Assembly: GCA_944390355.1 (NCBI GenBank)
Contig: CALXPT010000004.1
Coordinates: 1,077 to 65,076, forward strand
Length of the DNA: 64,000 bases
Reading direction: 5' to 3'
Source of the DNA: an uncultured Alphaproteobacteria bacterium
GTDB taxonomy: Bacteria; Pseudomonadota; Alphaproteobacteria; RF32; CAG-239
Shown piece by piece: positions 1-10,700 of the stretch; position 1 is the first letter of the stretch, and each line of letters opens with the position of its first letter. The notes under the pieces were generated by a model. That model did not search any database. It worked only from the letters and a program-made list of their open reading frames with translations, and was not told the origin of the DNA. The translations under genes and the position numbers were made by a program.

Positions 1-43
1 CGTACAAGTCATAAGTCCCTCGGACATTTTGCATTTTGCTCAT
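1..43 (-). CDS. hisS: First 14 codons of a probable histidyl-tRNA synthetase gene that runs off the left edge
   Basis: Minus-strand ATG at 41-43 preceded by AAGGA. Translation MSKMQNVRGTYDLY resembles the conserved HisRS N-terminus (Q-x-v-R-G-m-x-D). The rodZ-ispG-hisS order matches the enterobacterial arrangement. Confidence 0.4.
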   Translation of the reverse strand, partial: MSKMQNVRGTYDLY

Positions 44-57
44 TTTTTTATTCCTTA

Positions 58-1131
58 TTATTTTTCTTCTTTGGCCTTTGCTTCTACAAGATTGACCAAT
101 TCATCAACGATATTTTCATCTTTTACTTTTTTATAAGGCTTGCCCTTGACAAACAGCATATTGTCATCGTGTCCGCCGCACACGCCGAAATCAGAATGTG
201 AGGCCTCTCCGGGGCCGTTAACCACACAGCCCATAACCGCCAAAGTTATCGGCGCAGCAATATGGCTTAATCTTTTTTCAAGCTCTTCAACCGTTTTTTG
301 GACATCATAGCCTCTTCTTGCGCAGGTCGGGCAGGAAATTATCCTAACCCCTCTATGTCTTAAGTCCAGAGCTTTTAATATCTCATAACCGGTTTTAACT
401 TCTTCTTCAACATCTGCCGTTAACGACACGCGCAAGGTATCGCCGATACCCTCCATCAGCAACGCGCCTATGCCCATTGCCGATTTGACCGTACCCGCTC
501 TCAGCCCGCCGGCTTCCGTTACGCCCAAGTGCAACGGATAATCGCATTTTTCAGCCAGTTTTTTATAAGCGTCTATCATCATTAAGGTATTGGACGATTT
601 AACACTTATTTTAAACTCTCTAAAATCATTGTCCTCAAGCATTTTGGCTTGTTCCAACGCACTCTCCACCAAAGCGTCCGCACAAGGTTCACCGTACTTT
701 TCCAAAAGTTTTTTATCTAATGAACCGCCATTCACTCCAATACGAATCGAACAGCCATAATCTTTGGCTGCTTGAACAACCGTTTTAACCCTATCTGCTC
801 CGCCGATGTTTCCGGGGTTGATTCTCAAACATGCCGCCCCGTTTTCCGCCGCCAAAATTCCCAATCTGTAATCAAAATGGATATCCGCTACTACCGGAAT
901 GTTTACCTGTCTTGTTATCTCTTTCAACGCCAATGCCGAATCCCTGTCCGGACATGAGCAACGCGTTATATCGCACCCAACCCTCTCCTGACGTTTGATT
1001 TGCTCCACCGTGGCTTTTACATCTGTGGTCGGCGTATTCGTCATGGACTGAACCGAAATCGGCGAATCTCCTCCGACTAAAACATTTCCAACCCTTATTT
1101 GACGGCTCTTGCGGCGTTTTATTTTATCCAT
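58..1131 (-). CDS. ispG: 4-hydroxy-3-methylbut-2-enyl diphosphate synthase (GcpE/IspG, MEP pathway)
   Basis: Full-length 357 aa. N-terminal [28 protein letters not shown] and C-terminal Fe-S cysteines ([18 protein letters not shown]) are typical of IspG. Confidence 0.95.
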   Translation of the reverse strand: MDKIKRRKSRQIRVGNVLVGGDSPISVQSMTNTPTTDVKATVEQIKRQERVGCDITRCSCPDRDSALALKEITRQVNIPVVADIHFDYRLGILAAENGAACLRINPGNIGGADRVKTVVQAAKDYGCSIRIGVNGGSLDKKLLEKYGEPCADALVESALEQAKMLEDNDFREFKISVKSSNTLMMIDAYKKLAEKCDYPLHLGVTEAGGLRAGTVKSAMGIGALLMEGIGDTLRVSLTADVEEEVKTGYEILKALDLRHRGVRIISCPTCARRGYDVQKTVEELEKRLSHIAAPITLAVMGCVVNGPGEASHSDFGVCGGHDDNMLFVKGKPYKKVKDENIVDELVNLVEAKAKEEK

Positions 1132-1205
1132 ATGCTTATTCCTTATAATGCAAAAGAAAATAGCAAGATAAAACCTGCTATTTTCTTTAACCTATTTTAT
1201 TTTTT

Positions 1206-2351
1206 TTAATGGTTTAAGGCTTTATCTATTATCTCATCAACCTTAATACCAGTTTTTTTGTCTGCTGTAAAGACCGGAGTTTTTTTGCCAAATACATAGA
1301 CATCTACAGCATCATAGCGTCCGGCCGAAATTATCATTCCTTTGGCATCGGGCACATTGTATGTATAACCGGCCTCAACTACCTTGCTGATATAGAGCTT
1401 GTCCGCATCTTTTGCCTCTATCCATGTTTCGGCTCTGGTTTTCATCACAACTTTTACATCCGTATCTATGGAATTTGGGCTTTCTGTTTTTATTTCCGTT
1501 GTTTCTTTATTATTTTCTTCTTTATTAACTTCCTCTTTAACCTCTTCTTTTTCTGCTATTTGAGAAGGTTGCTCTTCTGCTTTAGCCGAGCTTTCTTTCT
1601 TTGCTTCTTCAACTTTTGCTTTTCCGTCCTCAATTACCTCTTCAGAAAAGCTCTCGTTCGTCATAACGACCTGTTTCGTTTCCTTTTCTATTGACGAATC
1701 GGCATTTATTATCGGTAATGCTTCTTCCGATGCTTGCGAGAGTGTTTTTTCTTCTTCTGCCTTGTCATTTTCTACTTTTAGCGGGTAGGCTTCTACGCTT
1801 TCGTTTGTTTCTTTTTGTATTTTGCTTTCAATCAGGTCTTTATAGTTTTGTATATAGTAATTCCAACCAAAATATGCTCCCGCTATTATCAATAAACTGA
1901 TTATGATATATTTTAATTTCGGGGCAGTTGCTTCCGTTTCCGGCTCCGGTACATATAATTCGGAATCGGGATTCTTAGAATCGGTTTCCTCTTTATATAA
2001 TTGCGACATCCGAACTGCGTTTAACCCCAGATAGGCGGCATAACTTCTGACAAAACCCAGACCATATGGTGCTTCCGGTACTTCTGAGTAATTGCTATTT
2101 TCAATTGAAGACAAGTAAGCTTCCCTAATGCGTAGCTTTTGAGCTATTTCTTCCAATGTTTCACCCTTCTTTAAGCGGGTTTCTCTCAACATTGTTCCCA
2201 CTCGTCCGTCGTTATCCAAGGTTTTGTCTTCTTTTGGGACTTCCACCTTTTCTGTCTCTTGAGAATCGCTCTTTCGCTCTTCCTTTTTTATTTTCTTGTT
2301 TGTTTCTTTGGTGTTTTTTTGGTCAACATTATCTTTTTTGGCTGGCGTCAT
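1206..2351 (-). CDS. rodZ: RodZ-like cytoskeleton protein (XRE-type HTH, one TM, DUF4115-like C-terminal domain)
   Basis: HTH LRETRLKKGETLEEIAQKLRIREAYLSSIE, TM YIIISLLIIAGAYFGWNYYI, acidic linker and a C-terminal beta domain. It lies immediately upstream of ispG, as rodZ does in E. coli. Confidence 0.65.
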   Translation of the reverse strand: MTPAKKDNVDQKNTKETNKKIKKEERKSDSQETEKVEVPKEDKTLDNDGRVGTMLRETRLKKGETLEEIAQKLRIREAYLSSIENSNYSEVPEAPYGLGFVRSYAAYLGLNAVRMSQLYKEETDSKNPDSELYVPEPETEATAPKLKYIIISLLIIAGAYFGWNYYIQNYKDLIESKIQKETNESVEAYPLKVENDKAEEEKTLSQASEEALPIINADSSIEKETKQVVMTNESFSEEVIEDGKAKVEEAKKESSAKAEEQPSQIAEKEEVKEEVNKEENNKETTEIKTESPNSIDTDVKVVMKTRAETWIEAKDADKLYISKVVEAGYTYNVPDAKGMIISAGRYDAVDVYVFGKKTPVFTADKKTGIKVDEIIDKALNH

Positions 2352-2398
2352 TGTTTTTATGCTCCAAATTTGTTTTTTTTGTTAATTAAACACAGTTT

Positions 2399-4669
2399 TT
2401 AGAAAATTTCAACTCCGTGGTCATTTGCATATGCATATATTTGCGGACGTAGCGTTTTGCCGGTAGAATTCAGCAATTGGGTCATATAATCTTCTACCTC
2501 TGCTACATTTATGGTTCTTATCATACTCTTTACACGCCCGTATGTGGCTCCCGATGATGATAAATTTCTATACCCAAGACCTATTAAGGCAAATGCTTCT
2601 ACCGGTACGGAGGCCATTTCTCCGCATACGGAACAATAAACTTTGTGCTTGTTCGCCTTTTTTATTATCGTTCCCATTAACCTTAAAAACGGTGCCGATA
2701 ATACATCATAACGTTCGGATAAGCGCGGATTGCCTCTGTCGCAGGCAAAGAAAAATTGGGCTAAATCATTTGTTCCTACCGAAACAAAATCCGCCTGTTC
2801 CAATATCTCGTCTAACTGGAAAACTACGGAAGGGACTTCTATCATCAAACCGACGTTCATTTTGGCCGGTAGTTTGTCCGTGTTCTTTTTTACTTTTTCG
2901 TATTCAAGCATTAATGTCTCTTTGGCTTCTTCAAACTCAGATAAGTTTGATATCATCGGAAACATAACATTTAATTCTTTTCCCTCTGCCGCCTTGATAA
3001 ACGCATGAATTTGCTTACGCAAAATCGCCCTCCTGTCCAGCGTTATGCGAATCGAACGCCAGCCTATGGCCGGATTTTCTTCATCTAAGCCAGCCCAATA
3101 GGGCAAAAGCTTGTCTGAACCGACATCCAAACAGCGGAATATTACTTTGCGATAACCTGCCCTGTCCATTAATTCTTTATAATAGCCGATTTGTTGTTCT
3201 ACATTCGGCATTTCATTTGAGGCCATGAACGGTATTTCGGTTCGATATAAGCCTATCCCATCGCAATTTGTACTTTCTATATAATCCAAATCGAAATTCA
3301 TGCCGACATTGATATATTGTCCGATACGAACCCCATCAAGCGTTTGCGACGGCAATCTTTTTAGCTTAGCGAGTTTTTCTTGTTGCTGTTTTAATTCCTG
3401 TCGTTTGGCAATAAACCTTTTCTGCGTATCTTCGCTCGGATGCAAATAGACATAGCCTTCATTGCCGTCCAAGGCTATCAGCTCGCCGCTTTTGACTTCA
3501 TCATACAAGCCTTTAATCTTTACAATTACCGGTATATTCAAGGCTTTTGCTACTATTGCCACATGCATTGTCGGCGTTCCTTCTTCCAACAGCAAGCCTC
3601 TTATTTTGGTGTAATCGTAATCCATTAACTCTGCCGGACCCATGGTCTGCGCTATGATTACTATATCCTTGCTATCTTGTGCTATTTTGGCACTTTGCCC
3701 GAAATCTCCGTTCAAATATGCCAATAGGCGGTCTGACACATCTCTCAAGTCATGCAAACGTTCTTTAAGGTAGCCGTCCTGTGTGGACGAGAGACGATTC
3801 CACATGTCTTCATAAGCCCTTTCTACCGCCGCTTCCGCCGTTAAGCCGCCCATTACATTATCTGCTATTTTCTTAAACCACCCTTTATCTTTTGCAAACA
3901 TTAAGTAGGCATCTAAAATGTCTACATGCTCTCCCAGCCCTAATTTGGTTGAATTAAATTTCGAATCCAGATCATCATTCATTTGTTGATGGGCGATTGT
4001 CAACCTATCTAATTCTTTTTCTTTGTCTTCTGCAAAAATTTTGCTTACTGCATGGCGGCGATGATGCAATACGGCCTGTCCCAAACCGAATCCTTTGCTT
4101 AATGATATGCCCCTTATTTTGTCCTTGGACATTAATCCTCTGGACTTTATGAGTTCCGTTTTATATTCACTCATTTCATCTGACGATATTATGTCGGAAA
4201 TGAACATCGCCAACGTTTCCATCGTCTCTTGTTCTGTTTGTAAAAACTCATGTTTCTTTTTTGTTTGGGCTATCAAAACGCCTATTGCCTTATGACGAGA
4301 AACCAGCGGCACACCTAAAAATGATTTAAGCTCTTTTTCGGAAAACTTTTCTTTGGTTACAAATTTCGGATGCGATTGCGAATCCGATAAGGCCAGAGGA
4401 CGACAATTCTTGGCTACCGTTCCGACCAATCCTTCCCCTTGGCGCACGGATACCTTGTGCAGCGAATCCTCATTATATCCCGCAGAGGCAAACAGCTCAA
4501 AGTTGTTGTCTTCAAGCATGACAAAACATGACACACTATCATAATGCATCTCTTTTGAAATGATTTTTGTTATGACGTTCAGACGTCCAGATATATGTTC
4601 TTGTTCATCTGCCGTTTGTCTTAAAAGTTTTAGAATCCTAAATGCGGGACTTTCCGAATCTTTGGGCAT
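2399..4669 (-). CDS. ptsP: Phosphoenolpyruvate-protein phosphotransferase, nitrogen-PTS type (GAF + Enzyme I)
   Basis: 756 aa. N-terminal GAF-like region (GEGLVGTVAKNCRPLALSD), PEP-utilizer phospho-His region (TPTMHVAIVAKALNIPV) and a C-terminal TIM-barrel with GTNDLAQF and CGEMA motifs. Confidence 0.9.
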   Translation of the reverse strand: MPKDSESPAFRILKLLRQTADEQEHISGRLNVITKIISKEMHYDSVSCFVMLEDNNFELFASAGYNEDSLHKVSVRQGEGLVGTVAKNCRPLALSDSQSHPKFVTKEKFSEKELKSFLGVPLVSRHKAIGVLIAQTKKKHEFLQTEQETMETLAMFISDIISSDEMSEYKTELIKSRGLMSKDKIRGISLSKGFGLGQAVLHHRRHAVSKIFAEDKEKELDRLTIAHQQMNDDLDSKFNSTKLGLGEHVDILDAYLMFAKDKGWFKKIADNVMGGLTAEAAVERAYEDMWNRLSSTQDGYLKERLHDLRDVSDRLLAYLNGDFGQSAKIAQDSKDIVIIAQTMGPAELMDYDYTKIRGLLLEEGTPTMHVAIVAKALNIPVIVKIKGLYDEVKSGELIALDGNEGYVYLHPSEDTQKRFIAKRQELKQQQEKLAKLKRLPSQTLDGVRIGQYINVGMNFDLDYIESTNCDGIGLYRTEIPFMASNEMPNVEQQIGYYKELMDRAGYRKVIFRCLDVGSDKLLPYWAGLDEENPAIGWRSIRITLDRRAILRKQIHAFIKAAEGKELNVMFPMISNLSEFEEAKETLMLEYEKVKKNTDKLPAKMNVGLMIEVPSVVFQLDEILEQADFVSVGTNDLAQFFFACDRGNPRLSERYDVLSAPFLRLMGTIIKKANKHKVYCSVCGEMASVPVEAFALIGLGYRNLSSSGATYGRVKSMIRTINVAEVEDYMTQLLNSTGKTLRPQIYAYANDHGVEIF

Positions 4670-4763
4670 GTTTCTTACCTAAAAATTTTGCTTGCACTTC
4701 TTTTTTTATTTTCTATATTCTCTCTCATTAAGGTTAAATTTTTTCTTAAGAGGAGTTATTTTC

Positions 4764-5126
4764 ATGGCTAATTTATATCAAAAAGGTGATCATGACACGA
4801 GACCTTGGGGTACTTGGGAAGTTATTGACGGCGGCGAAAATTTTTGCGTCAAAAAAATTACCGTATTCCCTCAAGGAAAGCTCTCTTTGCAACTTCATCA
4901 TCACAGAGCCGAACATTGGATTATTGTTCAAGGTGAGGCCGTTGTTACTTTGGGGGATGAAAAGTTTGTTAAAAAGGCCAACGATGCTATTTATATTCCG
5001 GTTGAAACAAAACACCGCATTCAAAATGAGACTTCCGAAAATGTCGTGTTTATCGAAGTTCAGGCCGGCGACAGCCTTGATGAAAATGATATTGTTCGTT
5101 TTGATGATATTTACGGACGGGCTTAG
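4764..5126 (+). CDS. Cupin-fold mannose-6-phosphate isomerase type II C-terminal-like protein
   Basis: I moved the start to the ATG at 4764 (AGGAG 8 nt upstream). RPWGTWEV...KKITVFPQGKLSLQLHHHRAEHWIIVQGEA...IPVETKHRIQN is the cupin_2/MPI motif pattern. Confidence 0.7.
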   Translation: MANLYQKGDHDTRPWGTWEVIDGGENFCVKKITVFPQGKLSLQLHHHRAEHWIIVQGEAVVTLGDEKFVKKANDAIYIPVETKHRIQNETSENVVFIEVQAGDSLDENDIVRFDDIYGRA

Positions 5127-5145
5127 CTCGTTTCTTATCCCCCTT

Positions 5146-5171
5146 AAACCTGCCATAAGGCAGGTTTTTTT
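5146..5171. terminator. Bidirectional intrinsic terminator between convergent genes
   Basis: aaacctgcc-ataa-ggcaggttt stem-loop followed by a T-run. It sits between the cupin stop and the isochorismatase stop. Confidence 0.7.
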
Positions 5172-5718
5172 ATATTACATATTTACGGCTGATTTCCTTA
5201 AATACATCCGAACCGGCTTTTTCAAGCCACTCAAAAACTATCATCTCGTAGGTTACGACTTCTATATTGCAATGCGCCAATCGCTGCAATGCGTAAACGT
5301 GTTGCAAGTTTTTGCGCGAAGAGCAAGAATCTGCTACTACAAATACTTCAAACCCTTCTTCTTTTAATTCAAGTGCCGTTTGCAACACGCAAATATGTGT
5401 TTCGACTCCGGCTATGATAACTTGCTTTTTGCCTAATGTTTGCAGCCGCTTTTTTATCGTCTCATTTTTCCAGCACGAAAACTCTTGTTTGGCAAAATAT
5501 TGTGCTTGCTCTCCGGCCGCTTGTCTTATGTCTACTATCGTTTGCCCCAGACCTTTCGGATATTGCTCCGTTATCGTATACGGAATACTTAACAAATTTG
5601 CTACCGAAACCAGTCGCGCACAGTTGTTTATTACTTCTCGCGGGTTGTCCGTGGCAGGCACCAATCTCTCTTGCACATCAATAATCAATAGCTGGGAATC
5701 GTCTTTTTTTATAAACAT
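5170..5718 (-). CDS. Isochorismatase-family (cysteine hydrolase) protein
   Basis: 182 aa. LLIIDVQERL near the N-terminus, IIAGVETHICVLQTALEL with the catalytic Cys context, and a YcaC-like length. Confidence 0.8.
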   Translation of the reverse strand: MFIKKDDSQLLIIDVQERLVPATDNPREVINNCARLVSVANLLSIPYTITEQYPKGLGQTIVDIRQAAGEQAQYFAKQEFSCWKNETIKKRLQTLGKKQVIIAGVETHICVLQTALELKEEGFEVFVVADSCSSRKNLQHVYALQRLAHCNIEVVTYEMIVFEWLEKAGSDVFKEISRKYVI

Positions 5719-5809
5719 CAGGGCTTTCCTTTGCTTTAAGGTGTTGACTATCTACTTAAAATAATTAATACTGCTTTAAAATGTTGTTAACAATCGTTGA
5801 AGAAATATC

Positions 5810-6694
5810 ATGAATTTTATTGATTTAGGTTTAAGTGAAAAAACCATTAAGGCTATTAATGAATTGGGAATCGTCGAACCGACTACCGTTCAGAATGATG
5901 TTATTCCCTCCATCTTGGACGGAAAAGATGTTTTTACCATTGCACCGCAGAGCTGCGGAAAAACTTGCTCGTATGTATTCCCTTTGCTCGATATTATCAG
6001 CAATGCTAATGCCGACAAGTCGCAAAAAGGTCCTAACATTTTGATTATTACACCTGATTCTCAGCAATCCGTTGCCGTTTCCGATCAGTTGGCTATTTTT
6101 AACAAATATCACGAAATTAATGAAGCTACCATCAAAGATAAAGAAGAAAATATTGATAACGAAGCTAATGTTGTTATTGGCTCTCCCGATTTGTTGGTTG
6201 AGCTGCTCGAATCGGAAAAAATCGACCTTTCCAAAACTAATATCTTGGTAGTTGATGATATTAATCTTATCAAAAAAAGAAAACAACTCGCAAATTTGGT
6301 CAAAGTATTAGATATTTTGCCGGCCGATAAACAAAATATTGTTTATACTAATCGTCGCTCCAAAGAAACTCAGGATATTCTTGATAAAATTCTTAAAGCT
6401 CCGCAAGAAGTTAAAGTTGATAAGAACAAAGAGCAAGAAGTTCAGCAAATTTTGCCTGCCGATACCGAAAAAGCTCTATCTTCCGCTAAGGTTTTATCTT
6501 CAGAAAGTACTGAGAATCCTGTTATCGACAAAAAAACTCAAAATAAGCAAAATGAAAGTCGTGTTCCTCAATTTCAGAAATTTGTTTCTCCCGTTAAAGA
6601 CAGAGAGGCTATTGAGCTTGTCAAAAAATTTAATACATTTAATCACAAGACTCCCGATTTCTTGACTTATAAGGGGATTGTCGTTAAAGACTAG
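5810..6694 (+). CDS. Degenerate DEAD-box helicase domain-1-only protein with a basic/acidic tail
   Basis: Q-motif-like FIDLGLSEKTIKAINELGIVEPTTVQ and Walker A APQSCGKT are present. DEAD is replaced by VDDI, SAT by YTN, and there is no helicase C domain. Confidence 0.6.
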   Translation: MNFIDLGLSEKTIKAINELGIVEPTTVQNDVIPSILDGKDVFTIAPQSCGKTCSYVFPLLDIISNANADKSQKGPNILIITPDSQQSVAVSDQLAIFNKYHEINEATIKDKEENIDNEANVVIGSPDLLVELLESEKIDLSKTNILVVDDINLIKKRKQLANLVKVLDILPADKQNIVYTNRRSKETQDILDKILKAPQEVKVDKNKEQEVQQILPADTEKALSSAKVLSSESTENPVIDKKTQNKQNESRVPQFQKFVSPVKDREAIELVKKFNTFNHKTPDFLTYKGIVVKD

Positions 6695-6713
6695 TTTGTT
6701 CTTATTTTACAAA

Positions 6714-6749
6714 AACAGTCCCGTAACACAAAGCGGGGCTGTTTTGGTT
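6714..6749. terminator. Intrinsic terminator between the DEAD-like gene and the virB11 stop
   Basis: aacagtcccg / cggggctgtt stem (one G-U) with a 10-nt loop, followed by a T-run. Confidence 0.6.
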
Positions 6750-6753
6750 TTAC

Positions 6754-7728
6754 TTAGGTGATTTCCGTTACCGCTCTTAAGTTGCCTTCGCGGTTGATTT
6801 GGATTACGCGCAGTCTCCTGTGCATTTCTTGTATTGTCTTATTGCGGTCTGCCGTCGGGTAGGTATGCAAAATTCTATCCATAAATGCTTCATAGGCTGC
6901 TTCCGAACTCTCAGCATGGATGGTCGCTAAGCAGTTGTCGTGGCCCGAACCCATAAGCTCCCATATTGCGCCCGCATTTTGAGTCGATATCTCGCCCCCG
7001 ATAATTGCGTCCGGCGTAAACCTCACAACCAAGTCTATGATTTTGGCATAATCAAACTGGTTGGTTTGGTCGGTTCTGGACATCACCAAATGCACTCTGT
7101 TGGGGTGCGGAACTATCAACTCTCTCGTATCTTCTATTGTTACTATACGTTTATTTATATCAAGTATCTTCAACAAATTGTTCAAAAATGTTGTTTTTCC
7201 CGTCGATGTTGCTCCGCTTATTAAAATATGGTCGCCTCTCTTTATGCTTAACAATAGTCGCTCATAGGGATCACTTGGGTCTTTTATGTTCTTAAGCGGG
7301 TTTATCTTGTGCAGATTTTCTCCTTGCTTTATCCCGTAATCCTGCAAGCCAAATGCCACGTCATCGGCATGAACACGGATGGTTAGTGCTATGCCTCCGG
7401 TTAAGTCATTTTCATCATACATTACATTTTTGCCGCAAACTGCCGAAAAACGGTGGTCTCCGGGGATACTGGCATAAACTACCGGTGTTCCCGAAACCGG
7501 ATCAAACGGTAGTTCATATGTATTGGCTATAATATAAAGCAAGTCCGTCAGATATTCTTTGGAAAGTTTTTCATCTTTATACATTACCCACGGATATGCT
7601 CTCTTGCCACGCAGGCGCAACCATATCGTACCGGCATTATTTATTGCAACCTCTTCTATGTTGTCTTGGTTGTACCAATATGAAAGTGGTCTTAAGACTG
7701 ATTCTAATACCTTGAAACTGTCGGTCAT
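6754..7728 (-). CDS. virB11: VirB11-family T4SS ATPase
   Basis: 324 aa. Walker A ISGATSTGKTTFLNNLL, IVTIEDTRE, GGEISTQNAGA and the His-box CLATIHAES. It is the last gene of the virB-like operon. Confidence 0.9.
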   Translation of the reverse strand: MTDSFKVLESVLRPLSYWYNQDNIEEVAINNAGTIWLRLRGKRAYPWVMYKDEKLSKEYLTDLLYIIANTYELPFDPVSGTPVVYASIPGDHRFSAVCGKNVMYDENDLTGGIALTIRVHADDVAFGLQDYGIKQGENLHKINPLKNIKDPSDPYERLLLSIKRGDHILISGATSTGKTTFLNNLLKILDINKRIVTIEDTRELIVPHPNRVHLVMSRTDQTNQFDYAKIIDLVVRFTPDAIIGGEISTQNAGAIWELMGSGHDNCLATIHAESSEAAYEAFMDRILHTYPTADRNKTIQEMHRRLRVIQINREGNLRAVTEIT

Positions 7729-7737
7729 TTTTTCTCC

Positions 7738-10700
7738 TTAAATGAGCTTGACGACGCTATCGTCTGTTTCCGGTGTTTGATTGCTTGTTCCGCCGCTGTC
7801 TTGGTTTATTCCGGGTTTGGGGCCACTCGTGTTGCTCATTGGAACTGCCGGAACTAAGCCTGTGCTTGAAGGCGGCGGCGGTACGGAACCGTTTATATTA
7901 CTTCTTTTGTTTGATGTTTCCATTTCACTGTCGTCAATAAACTTTTTGCTTTCCGCTTCTTCTCCATTATTTTGATAAAGTGCCTGATTATTACTGCCAC
8001 TTACACCCGTTGTCGGTCGATTGGATACATCTTCCTTAGCGGCTTGTGCCTCAACCTCTTTGTCATCAATTAAAATATTGCGGCGATTAAGTTCGGAATC
8101 TTCATCACTTCTTTCCGGCGTTCTCATCCACAAATCTATATTCGGATAAACTATAATGCGCGTGCCGGCCGGTACATATGTCAAGGGTTGGATGTTGCTT
8201 TTGTCTTGCAAAATTTCATTAAACACTTGATCCATTTGTTCCAAAAAATTGTCGCGGGCATCATTGGCTGCTTGTTGTCTAGGCGTTTCCGTCTCACTGG
8301 AACTATTGCTTTTAGGTGCCATCAGATATGCACTATAACTTGTTAAGGCCGTGGTCATTACCGGCAAAGTATATTTCTTAAACAACTGCTGGTCCAAATA
8401 GCCTAACGCTCCTCCTCGACCCATCGCATCACCCGTAATTCCTTGGAACTTAAATAATACACCGTCCGGACGAACCAAGCGTTCCCATGTTATTTGTACC
8501 CTTGCCGATGTCGTCGTGCTTTCTGTTGAACCGGTCATCGAATTGATTGTTCCCATTATGCGGCTGCCGGCAGGTATTATTACGTTACGTCCTTCTTCCG
8601 CATAGACATTCCTCTCCACTATCGCTGTTACCGGCGTCGGGTTATTGGTGTCTATTGAGCGCGCTATTACCGCAGGTATAGGCTTATCCGAAAATATCAT
8701 TTCGCTTAAATCTACCCGCCATGATGATACGGCTTTGGTTACACCTTCTTCATCCCAGTTCTTTTGATAGCCGTCTACCGATGACGGATTTACTTTGCTT
8801 GCGACATGTCCTACCTGTATATTTTCTCGCCTCAAATTTTGGGCAGCGGCTAATGCTGCGGCTCGTTGCGGGTCATACCTTTCTCCGGGACCGGTGCCTC
8901 CTCCGGGGCCGATATTAATCCTTCTGTCTCCTGAGATATAGGCTTCCGGTGAAATCGGTATCTTTGGTACATACATATTTTTTGGTGTTTGCGTGCCAAT
9001 GTAGTCGCCATTATTATCTATTACATATCCGTCGGAATTTACACGGCCGATGATATTGCCATTCTCATCAACTACCGTTCCGTCTTCCAATATATCTCCC
9101 AAATATGTTCCATCCGGTGATAGGGCGATGTTGATTGAATTAAGCGTTTCTTTCTTATACTCAATGTCGTCGTCTTTCATTTTCTTTTTATATTCGCCCA
9201 CTTCCGGCAAATCTTTTTGCGACTTTTGCGGCTTTATTCGCTCATACCAATTTGTTCCGCTACCACCTAAAATTGATCCGTCCGTTCCATATGCCAAACC
9301 ATTTTCATCTATCGTCCCGATTATATTATTATTTTCGTCAACAACCGTATTCCCTTCTTTGTAGCCGATGACATTGCCGTTTGCGTCGTATATTTTTTCT
9401 CGCCCGTCTTCAATGCTATAATATTGCAGTGAGTTGGCGGTTGCTATCAATTTATTTTCCGAATCAAAAATATTGCCGTCTTTTCCAAGATGTCCAAGTA
9501 CCTCTCCTTGCATTGATACAAAGTCGCCGTTCATCTGTAGTTCGCCCAAGACATTATTACTATCGTCCAATATAAAATAGTCTCTGTTGCCTCGAGCTTG
9601 AACCACGCCTTCGCCGTTTACGAAAAAGCCTTTTAATATTTTACCTATTCTTGTTCCGTCCAAGGCTTTCAGCGAACCGTCAAAACCTATTACGGCTTTC
9701 GTATTGTTATTATTATCATAAACATACAAATCATACAACGCATAACCTATCGGTGTGTCTTTTTCATCTCTTACAAAACCTTTTACATCTGTTTTGCCGA
9801 TTGATTTCCCTTCCGAGGACATAACATTACCATCCGGTGCGACACGCCCCAAAAATTTGTTGCTATTCGAAAAAGCATAACGATAGCGAAATGCTCTTCC
9901 TATACCGACATTCGAATCGTTAATTGCATTGCCGTTGGGCAAAATACGGCCGATTAACTGCTGTTTGTCATTTACGATTGAACCATCTAAAATAATTCGT
10001 CCGATTATTTTATTATTAAAGTTCATAACCGTGCTATATACAAGGCGACTTCCCAATACCTCTTGATTTTGCGAAATCAAAAAGCCTCTTTTATTTACGC
10101 AGCCAAGCAGCTTGTTTTCCGAATCTAAGGCTTTTCCTTCGGCGGTTATTGTTCCCAATACCTTATTGTTGCCGACCACAATACCTTCCGTTAAGTTGTG
10201 CCCTATATAGGTACCGCTGTCGTTTACCGCCTGATTGTTTAAAAGCATTCGCCCTAATTTAACATTGCGGAAATTTTTAACCTCTCCTGAGGTATCTACA
10301 TAACCGACCGTTTGACAATTATCATTAACAACCGTTCGATTATCCACCAAACCGCCTATCGTTGCTCCATTATTGTCTACAACCGTTTTATCGGATGTTC
10401 CTCGCCCGATAACAGCTCGGCTTAAGTCCTTTATTATACCATTTTCATTCATATATCCAAGCAATGCACCGCTTAAATCCAGCGCGATATTGCTCTTAAG
10501 TGCTTGCCCTACCGACGGCGAAAAATTCGTTGAACTTTCCGAATCCGTGCTAACCACCGAATTATCCGGCAATATCTTTGCCAATATTTTGTTCTTTGTA
10601 TCTAAAATGCGATTACCGCCACCTAACAGTCCCAGCGAATTTCCGACGAATGTTAATGCTGCCTTCGGGGATATTATACCGCCTAAGATATTGCCATTTG

